Below, piece after piece: positions 48,495 through 59,639 of a stretch of DNA of 64,000 nt. The DNA lies in NCBI GenBank assembly GCA_963843845.1, contig CAWJMB010000003.1, forward strand, positions 224,001 through 288,000, written 5' to 3'. Position 1 is the first letter of the stretch, and the number at the start of each line of letters is the position of its first letter. This DNA comes from an uncultured Gemmatimonadaceae bacterium. GTDB lineage: Bacteria > Gemmatimonadota > Gemmatimonadetes > Gemmatimonadales > Gemmatimonadaceae. Both the position numbers and the translations under genes were made by a program. Under the pieces are notes generated by a model. The model saw nothing but the letters and a program-made list of their open reading frames with translations, did no database searches and was not told the DNA's origin.

Positions 48495-49391
48495 TCAGGC
48501 GCAGCAGCTCGGACCGCAGCAGGCGCGATCGTCGTTCGTCGCCGCGTCCGCCGGCCTGGTGGCGCGTACGAACGCCGCCATGAACTTGCCGTCGATCTGG
48601 TCGAGGTGGGCGGCCGAGTCGATGCCCGCATCGGCGAGGAACGCGCGCGCGTCCTCGCTCCGATACACGCGCGTCGGCTCCACGTCGGCGTCCACGAAGC
48701 CGACCTCGGCGAGGAGCGATCTGAACTCGGTCTCTTCGAGCGCGCCGGCGACGCAGCCGACCCACAGCTCCATGCTGCGCCGCACCTCGTGCGGCACCTC
48801 GCCACGCACGACGACGTCGCTCACCGCGAAGCGCCCGCCCGGCCTCAACACGCGGAACGCCTCGGCGAGCACGCGCCGCTTGTCGCCGGAGAGGTTGATG
48901 ACGCAGTTCGAGATGACGACGTCGACCGACGCGTCAGGGAGCGGGATCGCTTCGATCTGCCCTTTCAGGAACTCGACGTTCGTCACGCCCGCCTCGGCCG
49001 CGTTCTGCCGCGCGAGGGCGAGCATGTCGTCGGTCATGTCGAGGCCGTACGCCCGTCCGGTCGGCCCGACCCGGCGCGCCGACAGGATGACGTCGATGCC
49101 GCCGCCGGAGCCGAGATCGAGCACGGTCTCGCCGGCGCGCAGCTCGGCGAGCGCGGTCGGGTTGCCGCAGCCCAACGACGCGAGCACGGCGCCCGACGGC
49201 AGCTCGTCGGTCTCGCCGCTCACGTAGAGGTTCGACGTGATCGGGTCGACGGCGCCGTTGAACGCCGCGCCGCCGCAGCACGAGTTCACCGGTCCGCAGC
49301 AGGACGCCTCCGCCCCGGCGAGCACGCGGCGCGCGGCCTCGCCGTACTTCTCGCGTACCACGGTCGTCAGCTCTGCATTCTCGGTCGTCAT
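48495..49391 (-). CDS. arsM: Arsenite S-adenosylmethionine methyltransferase
   Basis: SLGCGNP, VLDLGSGGGID, VISNCVINL, WVGCVAGA, Cys-Cys at both termini. Confidence 0.95.
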   Translation of the reverse strand: MTTENAELTTVVREKYGEAARRVLAGAEASCCGPVNSCCGGAAFNGAVDPITSNLYVSGETDELPSGAVLASLGCGNPTALAELRAGETVLDLGSGGGIDVILSARRVGPTGRAYGLDMTDDMLALARQNAAEAGVTNVEFLKGQIEAIPLPDASVDVVISNCVINLSGDKRRVLAEAFRVLRPGGRFAVSDVVVRGEVPHEVRRSMELWVGCVAGALEETEFRSLLAEVGFVDADVEPTRVYRSEDARAFLADAGIDSAAHLDQIDGKFMAAFVRATRPADAATNDDRACCGPSCCA

Positions 49392-49403
49392 GCGCTCCCT
49401 CCG

Positions 49404-49419
49404 ATCAAAAAATGTTGAT
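49404..49419. promoter_or_regulatory. Putative ArsR operator directly upstream of the arsM RBS
   Basis: ATCAA-AAAATG-TTGAT. Confidence 0.72.
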
Positions 49420-49473
49420 GTTTTCGACGCGACGCGTGCTCCGCGTCCGTCGTGCGTGGTGAACCGGTCTCGC

Positions 49474-49794
49474 CTACCCGCAGCAGCCGACGACGCGGAG
49501 CCGCGCGCGCGGCGACGACGCACGCGCGGGGAGCATGCCGACGACCTGGTCGTGGACGGCCGTCAGCGCCTGCGGCGCGATCGTGTAGTACGACCACCGC
49601 CCGTCCTTGCGGTCGGTGACGAGCCCCGCGTCGCGCAGCACCTTGAGGTGGAACGACAGGCGCGACTGCGCGGCGTCGAGATCGTCCTGCAGATCGCAGA
49701 CGCACCGCTCGCCGTCACGCAGCATGGCGAGGATCGCGAGGCGCGTCTCGTCGGAGAGCGCGTGGAACAGCTGCGCGGCGCGGGCGGTCGTCAT
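49474..49794 (-). CDS. arsR: ArsR/SmtB metalloregulator
   Basis: FHALSDETRL, ERCVCDL, QSRLSFHLKVL, C-terminal CC. Confidence 0.93.
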   Translation of the reverse strand: MTTARAAQLFHALSDETRLAILAMLRDGERCVCDLQDDLDAAQSRLSFHLKVLRDAGLVTDRKDGRWSYYTIAPQALTAVHDQVVGMLPARASSPRARLRVVGCCG

Positions 49795-49801
49795 GCCGCG
49801 C

Positions 49802-49831
49802 AAGATACAACAACGTTTCTTGATACGTCAA
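49802..49831 (-). promoter_or_regulatory. Sigma70-type arsR promoter with an embedded operator
   Basis: Minus strand TTGACG-N18-TATCTT; AACAA-N6-TTGAT at 49809-49824 lies between the boxes. Confidence 0.75.
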
Positions 49832-49859
49832 CGGGCGGCGCGTCCGCCCGCGTGGCGCG

Positions 49860-50804
49860 TCAGGACGGCGCGACCTTTCCGAACGCCGTCGCCGCCGACT
49901 GGATGCGCGCGCCGTATTCCGCCGCCTGCCCGTTCCCGTTGTAGTGCGTCGCGAAGCGCACGTAATCGGCGCCGCGCAGCGCCTCGAGCATGGGCGACGT
50001 GCGCCCCGGCCCCTTGATGAAGTCGAACAGCGCGAGGATGTGATAGCGGTCGTCGGCGCCGAACTTGTCGAACATCGCGCGCGCCGACTCGTAGCCGATC
50101 GTGCCGTGGTGGTAGCCCATGATCTGCGGCGCGCCCATGCTGATCGAGCGCATCGCGGCCGACTCGTCGAGCCCCCGCGCGATCGTGAACGCCTGCCACT
50201 CGCGCTCCTGCCCGTCGTGCTGCACGAGCCACGGATCGCTCTCGCGGGCGCGGAAGCGGTGCCCCGTCCACCGCTTCGTCGCGTCGAACGTGAAGTGGCG
50301 GCGGAACACGTCGGGGTGCGCCTTTCCCCACCGCTCGAAGAACACGTGGTTCTCGAAGCGAATGATGAGCCGCCCGCCGACGAATCCCTGCCCGCCCGAC
50401 TCGACGCAGAGCACGCCGACCGCGGCGGCGACGGGTATGCCGGTCGCCGCGCACAGCGGCCCGAGCAGTCCGCCGAACCGATTCCACGTCGCCGCCGCCT
50501 GCTTCGTCGCCCCGCCGAGCGAGGTCGTGTCGATCGCGCGCGCGCCGGGGAGGGTGCAGGCGCAGAGCGCGTCGTCGTGGCAGAGGAAGCCGCTCGCCGC
50601 CGCCGGCGTCGTGTCGAGGTGGAGGAAGTCGCCGTGCGCGAAGCCGCGCAGCGCGCCGCTCTGCACCTCGTACCAGCTGCCGCTGCGTCCGACGACCGTG
50701 ACCGACGCCCCTCGCGCCAGCGCACCGCGCTTCTCGCTGCTCCCGTCGGGGGCGGCGCGCACGTTGAGGGTGGCGGCGGTCACGGTGGCGCGCGTCTCGG
50801 GCAT
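49860..50804 (-). CDS. SH3 domain plus N-acetylmuramidase (DUF3380-type) peptidoglycan hydrolase
   Basis: LNVRAAP..WYEV..GF SH3; VESGG.GF..IIRFENHVF, SISMGAPQIMG, FATHYNG. Confidence 0.88.
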   Translation of the reverse strand: MPETRATVTAATLNVRAAPDGSSEKRGALARGASVTVVGRSGSWYEVQSGALRGFAHGDFLHLDTTPAAASGFLCHDDALCACTLPGARAIDTTSLGGATKQAAATWNRFGGLLGPLCAATGIPVAAAVGVLCVESGGQGFVGGRLIIRFENHVFFERWGKAHPDVFRRHFTFDATKRWTGHRFRARESDPWLVQHDGQEREWQAFTIARGLDESAAMRSISMGAPQIMGYHHGTIGYESARAMFDKFGADDRYHILALFDFIKGPGRTSPMLEALRGADYVRFATHYNGNGQAAEYGARIQSAATAFGKVAPS

Positions 50805-51034
50805 GCTCTCCTCTCAGGCGTGGCGAGCCGCGAGTGTATCACGCGGCGGCGCGCGGCGCCAACTTGGAGCAGGCTCCGCCTGGCGCATCTCGACCCGCGC
50901 GTTCGCGACGTGCGCTGCGCCGGCACTATACATACACCAGCAACGACGCGGCCCCGAGCCAGGCGTGTGTCCGTCGCGCGCTCAGGCCCGCACTCGCGTC
51001 ACCGTCAGCGCGGCCTCGCCACTGGAATCCTCTC

Positions 51035-52198
51035 ATGCGTCTCACGTTCGCCGCCCGCCTCGGCGTCGCCGCCGCCGCGCTGCCCGCATTCCTCGTGTTC
51101 GGCGCGTGTCGCTCGGCGACGCCGGCCGCGCCGCCGGCGGTCGTCGCGGTCCCCCCCGCCTCGGCGCTGCCGTTCGCCGAGACGAGTGCGGCGCTGTCGG
51201 AGCGCGGCGGGTACTTCGACTCGGACAACCTCGTCACGAACGAGACGTCGTATCTGCACGTCGTGCCCACGCTCAAGCGGCTCGGCGTGCGCGGCGGGGC
51301 GTACATCGGCGTCGGGCCGGACCAGAGCTTCTCGTACATCGCGGCGATCCGCCCGACCGTCGCGTTCATGCTCGACATCCGCCGCGACAATCTGCTCGAG
51401 CATCTGATCTTCAAGGCGATCTTCACGCGCGCGCGGAACCGCGTCGAGTATCTCGCGTTCCTGTTCGGCCGGCCGGCGCCGAGCGACGTCGCCGCGTGGG
51501 GCGGGCGCACGGCGCCGCAGCTCGTCGCCTACTTCGACACGGCGCGCGTCACGGCGGCGAGCGAGGCGGCGGCGCGCGCGCTCGTCACGGAGGAGATCCG
51601 CCGCACCGGCGTCGCGCTCGACTCGACCGACTGGAACACGATCGACCGCTTCCACTCGACGTTCATCGCCGAAGGGTTGCAGGTACGCTACGAGAGCCGC
51701 GGCCGACCGAACCGCGGCTTCTTTCCGGCGATGCGCGAGCTGGTCCTCGCGACGGACCTCGACGGCGCGCACTCGAGCTACCTCGGCAGCGAGGACGCGT
51801 TCCAGGTCGTCAGAGCGTTGCAGCTGGCGAACCGCGTCGTCCCGGTGACCGGCGACCTCGCCGGCCCGAAGGCGTTCCCCGCGATCGCCGAGTGGCTGCG
51901 CGCGCGCGGCGAACGCGTGTCGGCACTGTACACGTCGAACGCCGAGGACTACGTGATGCGCGGCGGCGGGTATCCCGCATTCCAGCGCACGGTCGCGAGT
52001 CTGCCGCGCGACTCGACGAGCGTGATCATCCGCAGCTTCTTCCAGAACTTCCGCGGGATGCACCCGTTCAACATCCCGGGGTTCCGGTCGACGCAACTGC
52101 TCCAGCCGCTCGACACGTTCGCGGCGCGCGTGGCGAAGGGCGGGTACGCGGACTACTTCGATCTCGTGCTCGACGGGGCGATCAGGTTGACGCCGTGA
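51035..52198 (+). CDS. Conserved hypothetical lipoprotein, possibly SAM-binding-like fold
   Basis: FGAC lipobox; GYFDSDNLVTNE, AYIGVGPDQ, VTGDLAG, LYTSNAE. Confidence 0.72.
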   Translation: MRLTFAARLGVAAAALPAFLVFGACRSATPAAPPAVVAVPPASALPFAETSAALSERGGYFDSDNLVTNETSYLHVVPTLKRLGVRGGAYIGVGPDQSFSYIAAIRPTVAFMLDIRRDNLLEHLIFKAIFTRARNRVEYLAFLFGRPAPSDVAAWGGRTAPQLVAYFDTARVTAASEAAARALVTEEIRRTGVALDSTDWNTIDRFHSTFIAEGLQVRYESRGRPNRGFFPAMRELVLATDLDGAHSSYLGSEDAFQVVRALQLANRVVPVTGDLAGPKAFPAIAEWLRARGERVSALYTSNAEDYVMRGGGYPAFQRTVASLPRDSTSVIIRSFFQNFRGMHPFNIPGFRSTQLLQPLDTFAARVAKGGYADYFDLVLDGAIRLTP

Positions 52199-52229
52199 GG
52201 GCGACGAGGCTCACGTCCTTCCCCGCCGC

Positions 52230-55200
52230 TCAGGGTCGTCGCGCTCGCGCGAGGTTCCTGAAGTACTCGTCGACGAGCGTCCGGTAGCCGGCCGGGACCT
52301 CGTCGCCGGGGCCCAGGCGGGGGCCGTCGGTCGGGGCGCCGGCGAGGGTGCGTCGGAGCCCGAACTCGAAGTCTTTGAGTCCCTCGGCGACCTGCGAGTG
52401 GAGGCGCAGCAGGTTGTCGGTGAGCTTCTCGGTCGACCCCGACTCGAGCTCCCGCATGCGCGCGATCGCGGCGTCGAGCGCGCGGGTGTCGACTCCCTGG
52501 CCGGCGAGCTCGCGGCGCAGCGCCTCGGCGTCGGCGCGCCGCTCGCGGAGCTCGCGGTTGAGCTGGCGCGCGGACTCGGCGTCGAGCGGGACGGGCGCGC
52601 CCGATTGCGGCGAGTAGGCGTTGTCGCGCCGGCCACCGTCCGGCGTGCCGCCTTCCAGGCGCGTGCCGGTGCCCGACGGCTGGCCGGCCCCACCTCGGGC
52701 GTTGCCCTGGCCGGCCTGCTGCCCGCCCTGCTGCCCGCCCTGCTGCCCGCCCGGCTGCCCCTGCCCCTGCTGCCCCGCTCCCCTGCTGCCCGCCTTGCTG
52801 CCCCTGCTGCCCCTGCTGTCGTGATTGTCCTTGCGGCTGCTGCCCTTGTCCCTGCTGTCCTCGCCCCTGCTGCCCGCCGGCCGACTGCTGCTGTCCTTCC
52901 CGACCGTTCGGCGCGCCCTCGCCGGCGCCGAGCGCGTCGTCGCGGCGCTGACGGAGTCGCTCCTCGAGCGACGACATCCCCTGCGCGAGCTGCCGTGCGC
53001 GGTCGACGGATTCCTGCAGCCGACGACCGGCCGGTGTGCGCGTGGCCGCGACCGCCTGGCCGACACGGTCGCGCACGCTCTCGAGGTTGCTCGTGATCGA
53101 CTCCTCGAGGTTGCGCACGTAGTCCGGCGAGCCCGCGCGCGCCACGGTCTTCGAGGCGCGGAGCTTGTCGATCACGCGGCTGTCGCGCACCGCCGCCGCC
53201 CCTTCGCGCAGGCGGCGTGACGCGTCCGGCTGCTCGCCCGCCGTCTCGCGCGACGTGCGCTCGAGATCACGCTCGAGCGCGCCGACGCCGGCGGCGAGCG
53301 AATCCTTCTGCCGCATCAGCTCCTGCTCAGCCGGCGTGCCGCGCCCCTCGCCGCGCGCCAGCCGCTCGGCCTCCTGGGCGACGCCGCGCTGCGCTTCGGT
53401 GAGCGCGTCCGCGCGGCGCTGCAACGACCGCATCTGCTCTTCCGCCTGCGCCGACTTGCCGGCGTCGAGCGCGCGGCGCGCGGCGTCGAGGCGGTCGCGC
53501 GCGGCGTTCGCGTTCCCGGCGGCCGCATCACCCTGCGCCGCGGCGGCGCGGCGCATCGCGTCGGCCGCTTCCTGCATCTGCCGCGCGCTCTGCCGCACCT
53601 CGGGCGACGGCGACTCGCGCGTCAGGCGCTCGAGCTGGCGCGCCAGCTCCTCCGCCTCCTGCGCGAGCTGCCGCTGCGCCTCCCGTCCACCCATCGCGCG
53701 GCCGGACTGACTGCCGGACTGACCGCCGGACGAGCCGCTCTGTCCCGACTGTCCCGACTGTCCCGACTGTCCCGACTGTCCCGACTGTCCCGACTGTCCC
53801 GACTGTCCCGACTGTCCCGACTGTGCGGGCAGGCGATTCCGCAGCGCGTCCGCCTCGCGACGCAACCGCTCCGACTCGCGCTGCTGCCGCGCGGCGAGCT
53901 CCTTCAATCGCTCGAGCGTCCGGTCGACCTCCGCCGAACGCTGCTCCTGCCGTTCGGCGGTCGAGCGCTGTACGCTCTCGTACTGGTTGCGCAGACGGTC
54001 CGGCTGGAGGCCGTAGAGGTCGGCCAGGTCGTCGGGCGACTGACCGCCGCCACCCCCGCCGCCGCCCCCACCGCCCCCCATGCTCACCTGCACCTCGCGG
54101 AACGCCGCCTCGGCGCGTTGCAACTGCTGGAGCGCGACCTGCTCCGGGCTCAACGCGTCGTTCGGCACGCGACGGCCGAGCTTCTCCTCGGCGTCCTTCA
54201 TCGCCGCGGCGGCGAGCGGGAGCGCCTCGGCGATCGCCTTCGATGCGGAGTCGTTCGCGCTGCCCCCGCGCTGCCTCACCCGGGCGATCAGTTCGTCGAC
54301 CTGCGTGCGCAGCCGGCCCTGCGACAGCGCGAGCGTCGCGAGGTCTTCGCGGCGCTGGCGAACGGTCTCGGGGGTGCGGGCGAGCGCGCTGTCGCGTACG
54401 AGCTTGAACGTCGCCGCGACGATCTCCTTCTGCCGCTCGGCGAGATTCGTCGGCGAGTCGTTGCCGCCGCCCCCGCCGCCGCCCTGCTGCTCCCCGGACT
54501 CCGACTGCTTGTAGCTGCGGTCGAACGGCCGGATGCGCAGGAAGTAGATGTCGGTCGCGGCCGACTTCGCACCGGCGACCGCGTCGTTGTCGAACGCGCG
54601 CGCGTAGTACGACACGACGTCGCCCGGCTTGAGCGGCAGCTCTTCGAGGAAGAACGTGTGCCCGGCCGTCACCTCCGGCGTGCGCCGCCCGCCGCCGGTG
54701 TGCAGCGTGACCGTCTGCTCCGGCCCGCCGTTCACCGAGTAGTGCAGCGCGATCCGCGACACGCCGTAGTCGTCTTCGGCCGTGACCGACGCGAACACCT
54801 CCTCGATGCTCGTCGCCTGCACGTCGCGGCCCGGCTGCGCGATGGACACGTTCGGCGCGCGGTCGGGCAGCACGTCGACGACGTAGTCGAGCGAGCCGCG
54901 CACGACGGTGCCGCTCGGCTCGTCCAGCTCGACGTGGTAGAAGCCCGGCGTCGCGACGCGCAGCGTGCCGACGAGCGCGCCGCTGCTGTCCTTCGTGAGA
55001 CGCACCGTGTCGCCCCCTTCGACGATGAGCCGACCACCCCGCACCGGCATCGTCGGCGTCGCGCGCACGCGGACGAGCGAGCCGCGCGGCGCCGCGACGT
55101 CGCCCCCGTCGTCGACGTGCTCGGTCTCGTGCCCCGTGTACGACGGCCACTGCACGTCGAGCGCGAGCGTGCGCACCGTCGCGCGGTCGACGACGGTGAT

Positions 55201-56067
55201 GACGTACGTCGGCGAGTCGAGCCCGTCGGTGTCGACGCGGTACTGCGCGGCCGAGTCGACGTTGAGGAGACGCGCGTGGAAGCCGCGGGCGTCGCGCGAC
55301 ATCGGGACGCGCTCCCACGCCCCCGCCGCCGCGCGCTTCACGACGAGCTCCGCGCGCTCCGCCGTGAAGTGCTGGGCGACGGCGTCGATCGCCACGTCGG
55401 CGCCGCGCGCGATGGTGACGGAGCCGGGCGTGACGGCGAGCGCCATGATCGGCATGTCGACCGTCGCCGCGGGGGCCGTCGGCCAGAACACGAGACGCGC
55501 CGCGGTGCGCACCGCAGTCGGCCCGAACGCGATCGCGACGATCGTCGCCGCAACCGACGCGGCGAGCAGGGCGCCGTTCCGCCGCAGCGCGTCGCGCTCG
55601 ATCCGGTCACCGTACTCGAGCGTGCGCGAGCGCTGCGCCGCCTGGAGCACGACCTGCCGCCCGATCGCGTCGCTCCCGGCGCTCCCGGCGCTCCCGGCGC
55701 CCGCGGCGCCGGCCGCACGCACCTCGAGCGCGGAGAGGAGCGCCGCGTCGAGCGACGGCTCGTGCCGCTCCACGTACCGCGCGATCTGCGCGTCGGTCAC
55801 GCGCCGCAGCAGCGGCCGCACGACCCAGAGCGCGAGCGCCGCCGTCGCCGCGAGCCACACGCCGAGTCGCGCGCCGGTGATGGCGAGGTCGGCGTAGCGC
55901 GCGCGGTAGAGCGCCCACGCGGCGACGAGCAGCGCGCCCAACGCGATCGCCGCGGCGAGCGCGAGCCCGCCCAACGTCACCCGCATGCGCCACCGGCGGC
56001 GCACGCGGCGGAACGTGGTGTCGAGAGCGTTCGACGCCTCGACGGCGAGGGCGGCGGTCGGTTCCAT
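52230..56067 (-). CDS. Large membrane-anchored coiled-coil protein (DUF4175-like), frameshift near 52770
   Basis: N-terminal TMs, Ig-like repeats, EDDYGVS, Gln/Gly-rich tracts, C-terminal VPAGYRTLVDEYFRNL in a second frame. Confidence 0.82.
53741..53821 (-). repeat. Perfect 9-bp tandem repeat x9 encoding (SGQ)9
   Basis: (TGTCCCGAC)9 on the + strand. Confidence 0.93.
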
Positions 56068-56087
56068 GACGAGTCTCCTTCAGGCGC

Positions 56088-58157
56088 TCATCGCGCGAGG
56101 CTCGGACGCCGACTGGCGACGAGCGACTCGGCGACGAGTAGGGCGAACAGTGCGGCCAACAGATACCACCAGATCGACTGCCGTGCTTCGCGCTCCACGC
56201 GCGTCTCCGACTCGGCCGCCGTCGCCGGGGGAACGGTGAGCGTCGAGTCGACGACGGCGCGCGCGATGTCGGCGGGCGGGATGCGCGCCGCGTCGGCCTC
56301 CGCGGGGTCGACGTTCGCGGCGACGAGCGTGCCAGCGTCGCTCGCGTCGGCGTTCGCGCCCCTGATCGTGTACACGCCGGGCTCGCTCAGGGCGACGAGC
56401 CCCGCGACGCCGTCCGCGCCGACGCGCAGTCGACGGCCGGCCGGCGTCTCGACGACCCAGCTCGTCGCGTCGCCCGCGCTCAGCGCCGCCGGGTCGATCG
56501 TCTGCCCGACCGTGTACGATGACGCAGCCGGCGCGACGCGCGCGGCGTACGTCACGAGCTGTCGCACGAACGGGACGTAGATGGGGTCGAGCGGCAGGTC
56601 GCTCCAGTACGTGTCGAGCGTCGACGCCCAGAGCAGGACGCGCCCGCGCCCGGCCGCGCGCTCGACGAGCGCCGGAGTGCCGTCGTCGAAGCGCGCGAGC
56701 ACCGTTGCATCCGACGACGGCGTGAGCGCGCGGTGGCGCAGCACGCGTGGCGCGCCGAGGTCGCCACTGCGCGGGGCGGCGAACGGCGCGAAGACCGGGT
56801 GCGTGCGCTCGACCGTCGCCAGGCGCGCGCCCCCCGTGCGGTCGACGACCGCGCCGATCCGCGCCGGCAGCAGCTCGGCGAGGGCCGGGTCCCACGCCTC
56901 GGGAGCGCTGCGCCCCCCGGTCGCGACGACGAGGCCGCCGCCGCGCCGCACCCAGTCGGCGAGCGCGCGCGCGCCGGTGCCGCGGACGGGCGCATCGTGC
57001 AACACGATGAGCGTGTGACTCGCGAGGGCCGGGGCGCCGACCGTGGTACCGGCGAGAACGTCGAGCGCGATCGGCGACGCGCCCGTACTCGAGGCTCGGC
57101 CGTCACCCGTCGCGCCGCCCAACGCCTGTCGCAGGTAGAGCGCGGCGTTCCCGTCTCCCTCGCCCTGCAGCACGAGGGCGCGCAGCGACTGACCACGCGA
57201 GAAGGTGACCGTGAACGCGTCGTTCGCCGGGAGCGAGTCGGCGCTCGTCCGCACCGTCGCCGGCGTCCACCCGGGCGCGACCGGCAGCGCTTCGAACGCG
57301 ACGCTGGCGACGGCGCCGGGCGTCAGGCGCACGCTCCGCGATTGCGCGGGCCGCCCCCCCACGCTGAGCGCGACCGACGTCGTGCGCGGCGCGCCGCCGG
57401 TCGCGACGAGGCGCGCGACGGGGGTGACGCGCTCACCGGTCGGCAGCGTCTCGCGCCGCAGGTCGACCGCCGCGACGGCGACGTCGGCCGGTGCGGCGCC
57501 GCCGACGTCGGTCCAGGTGAGGCGTGCGCCGGCCGGCAGGCGCGCCGCCGCGCGCTCGCGCCACCCGCCGCGCTGGAAGTCGCTCACGAGCACCGCCTCG
57601 CGGCGTGCGAGCGGCGACGCGGCGAGCAGGCGCGACGCGGTGGCGAGCGCCGGCGCGTACCGGGTCGCGCCGGCGCCCGGCTTCAGCGTGTCGATGGCAG
57701 CACGCAGCGCCGCCGGCGCTGCCCGCGCGACGAGCACGGTGGCCGAGTTGTCGAACACGACGAGCGTGCCGAGGTCGTTCGGGCCTAACGTGTTCACCGC
57801 GCGACGTGCCGCGTCCTGCGCGCGCGCCCACCGCCCCGCGACGCCCATGCTGTACGACCGGTCGAGCAGCAAGACGACCTCGCGCCCGCCGTCGCTCGCC
57901 GAGACGGCCCGCCGCGCGCGGTCGAGCGACGGCCGCGCGAACGCCGCCGCGAGCAGCAGCAGCGCGAGGATGCGCAGCAACAGCAGCGGCAGATCGCGCA
58001 GCGCCTTCCGCCGAGTCGTCGGTTGCGGCAGGCGGCGTACGAACATCAGCGACGGGAAGGTCACCGGGTTCGCGCGGTCGCGCCGCGTGAGGTGAATGAG
58101 CAGCGGCACGCCGACGAGCGCGAGTCCGGCGAGGAACCACGGCGCGAGGAAGCCCAT
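56088..58157 (-). CDS. BatA-domain plus vWA membrane protein
   Basis: [34 protein letters not shown], GATase-like segment, C-terminal TM. Confidence 0.9.
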   Translation of the reverse strand: MGFLAPWFLAGLALVGVPLLIHLTRRDRANPVTFPSLMFVRRLPQPTTRRKALRDLPLLLLRILALLLLAAAFARPSLDRARRAVSASDGGREVVLLLDRSYSMGVAGRWARAQDAARRAVNTLGPNDLGTLVVFDNSATVLVARAAPAALRAAIDTLKPGAGATRYAPALATASRLLAASPLARREAVLVSDFQRGGWRERAAARLPAGARLTWTDVGGAAPADVAVAAVDLRRETLPTGERVTPVARLVATGGAPRTTSVALSVGGRPAQSRSVRLTPGAVASVAFEALPVAPGWTPATVRTSADSLPANDAFTVTFSRGQSLRALVLQGEGDGNAALYLRQALGGATGDGRASSTGASPIALDVLAGTTVGAPALASHTLIVLHDAPVRGTGARALADWVRRGGGLVVATGGRSAPEAWDPALAELLPARIGAVVDRTGGARLATVERTHPVFAPFAAPRSGDLGAPRVLRHRALTPSSDATVLARFDDGTPALVERAAGRGRVLLWASTLDTYWSDLPLDPIYVPFVRQLVTYAARVAPAASSYTVGQTIDPAALSAGDATSWVVETPAGRRLRVGADGVAGLVALSEPGVYTIRGANADASDAGTLVAANVDPAEADAARIPPADIARAVVDSTLTVPPATAAESETRVEREARQSIWWYLLAALFALLVAESLVASRRPSLAR

Positions 58158-58169
58158 GTCGCGAGGTGC

Positions 58170-59087
58170 CTACCGGACCGGGCCGAGGCGCTCGCGCAGC
58201 GCGAGCACGCGGGCGAGCGCCTCGCCCGGCGGCGTGTCGGTGCTCATCGGCGCGTACGTGACGCCGCGCGCCTGCGCGACGCGCGCGAGCTCGGCGACGT
58301 GGGCCGCGACCAGGGCGCGGTAGTCGTCACGCATCGCGCGCGTCACGACGGGGAGGATCTCGTTCGTCTCGAGATCGCGCAGCCCCGTGATGTCGCCGGC
58401 CGGAAAGTCGCGCTCCATGGGATCCCACACGTGCAGCAGCAGCAACTCGTTGCCGCGGTTGCGCAGCTGGAGCACGGCGTCGATCGCCTCCGCCGGCTCG
58501 GCGTAGAGATCGGAGATGACGACGACGATGCCGCGACGGCGGAAGTGGTCGGCCGCGCCGCGCAGCGGCTCGGTGAGCGCGCCCTCGCCCGTCGCCTTCA
58601 CCTGCTCGAGGGCGTGGATCGCCTGCGGCAGGTGCTTCGCGGCCGGCGGGATCATCGTGCGGATCGCGCGGTCGAACAGCACGAGCCCGACGCGGTCGCG
58701 CTGCTGCCGGGCGAGCCACAGGATCGACGCGGCGAGGACGCGGCCGTAGTCGAGCTTCGTGACGCGTTCGGCGCTCCCGGTCCAGTCCATCGAGCGGGAG
58801 ACGTCGAGCAGGACTCCGACGGCGGCGTTCGTGTCGGCCTCGAACTCCTTGACGTGGAGGCGGTCGCTGCGCGCGTAGAGGCGCCAGTCGACGCGGCGGG
58901 TGTCGTCGCCGGGGAGATAGCTGCGGTGCTCGGCGAATTCGGTCGTGGAGCCGAAGGCGCGCGAGCGGTGGACGCCGCCCAGGAAGCCGTCGACGACTTG
59001 GCGCGCGACCAGCTCCAGGCTGCCGACCCTGCCGAGGACTTCAGGGTCGAGGACGGTCGTGGGGCTCGGCGACTGCGTGAGAGGCAT
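58170..59087 (-). CDS. DUF58 family protein
   Basis: [48 protein letters not shown]. Confidence 0.92.
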   Translation of the reverse strand: MPLTQSPSPTTVLDPEVLGRVGSLELVARQVVDGFLGGVHRSRAFGSTTEFAEHRSYLPGDDTRRVDWRLYARSDRLHVKEFEADTNAAVGVLLDVSRSMDWTGSAERVTKLDYGRVLAASILWLARQQRDRVGLVLFDRAIRTMIPPAAKHLPQAIHALEQVKATGEGALTEPLRGAADHFRRRGIVVVISDLYAEPAEAIDAVLQLRNRGNELLLLHVWDPMERDFPAGDITGLRDLETNEILPVVTRAMRDDYRALVAAHVAELARVAQARGVTYAPMSTDTPPGEALARVLALRERLGPVR

Positions 59088-59101
59088 CAGCTCGGGGAAC
59101 T

Positions 59102-59147
59102 GCGGGGTCGGTGCGGCGGGGTCGGGCGGGCGGTGACGGTACGGCGT
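59102..59147. repeat. 46-bp inverted repeat, left arm
   Basis: GCGGGGTCGGTGCGGCGGGGTCGGGCGGGCGGTGACGGTACGGCGT, exact reverse complement of 59588-59633. Confidence 0.95.
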
Positions 59148-59279
59148 AGCAGCGCTGGCGACACGGCGCCGGCGGTGAAGCGGGGGGTGCGTCGCGTCGA
59201 CGCGGGGTGCGTTCGCCGGGTTATCGGGCGGAGTCGAGACAGGAGAGGTTCGAGGAGATCGGACTCTTGTGAGGGAAGC

Positions 59280-59560
59280 GTGTCCAACATTCGGTCGTTT
59301 CGCGATCTCAGGGTGTGGCACGACGCCAGCGCGTTCAGCGACGACGTGGACCGGCTCGCGGATCACCTGCCCGCCGATCGCAGCGCGCTCGGCGACCGAC
59401 TGCGCCGCGCCGGGCGGTCGGTACCCGCGAACATCGCCGAAGGCCACGGTCGCTCGTCGAAGCGCGACTACGTCCGCTTTCTCTACATCGCTCGCGGCTC
59501 ACGGCACGAAGTGGAATCCGATCTCGTGAGCGTGCAGCGCCAAACGCTCGCGCGCCGTAT
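59280..59560 (+). pseudogene. Four-helix-bundle protein (23S rRNA IVP / TIGR02436, Avd-like), apparently C-terminally truncated
   Basis: GTG start; [37 protein letters not shown]; no recognisable last helix and no in-frame stop until 61676; end coordinate approximate. Confidence 0.82.
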
Positions 59561-59587
59561 CGCCCACGCCGTACCGCCCGCGCCACA

Positions 59588-59633
59588 ACGCCGTACCGTC
59601 ACCGCCCGCCCGACCCCGCCGCACCGACCCCGC
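59588..59633. repeat. 46-bp inverted repeat, right arm
   Basis: Exact reverse complement of 59102-59147. Confidence 0.95.
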
Positions 59634-59639
59634 CGTCGA

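Noticed and set aside
27992..53821. Short tandem repeats as CRISPR arrays
   Set aside because: Units are 9-11 bp and contiguous, with no spacers and no cas genes.
59102..59633. Diversity-generating retroelement or IS element
   Set aside because: No reverse transcriptase, TR/VR pair or transposase in the window, and no target-site duplication noticed.
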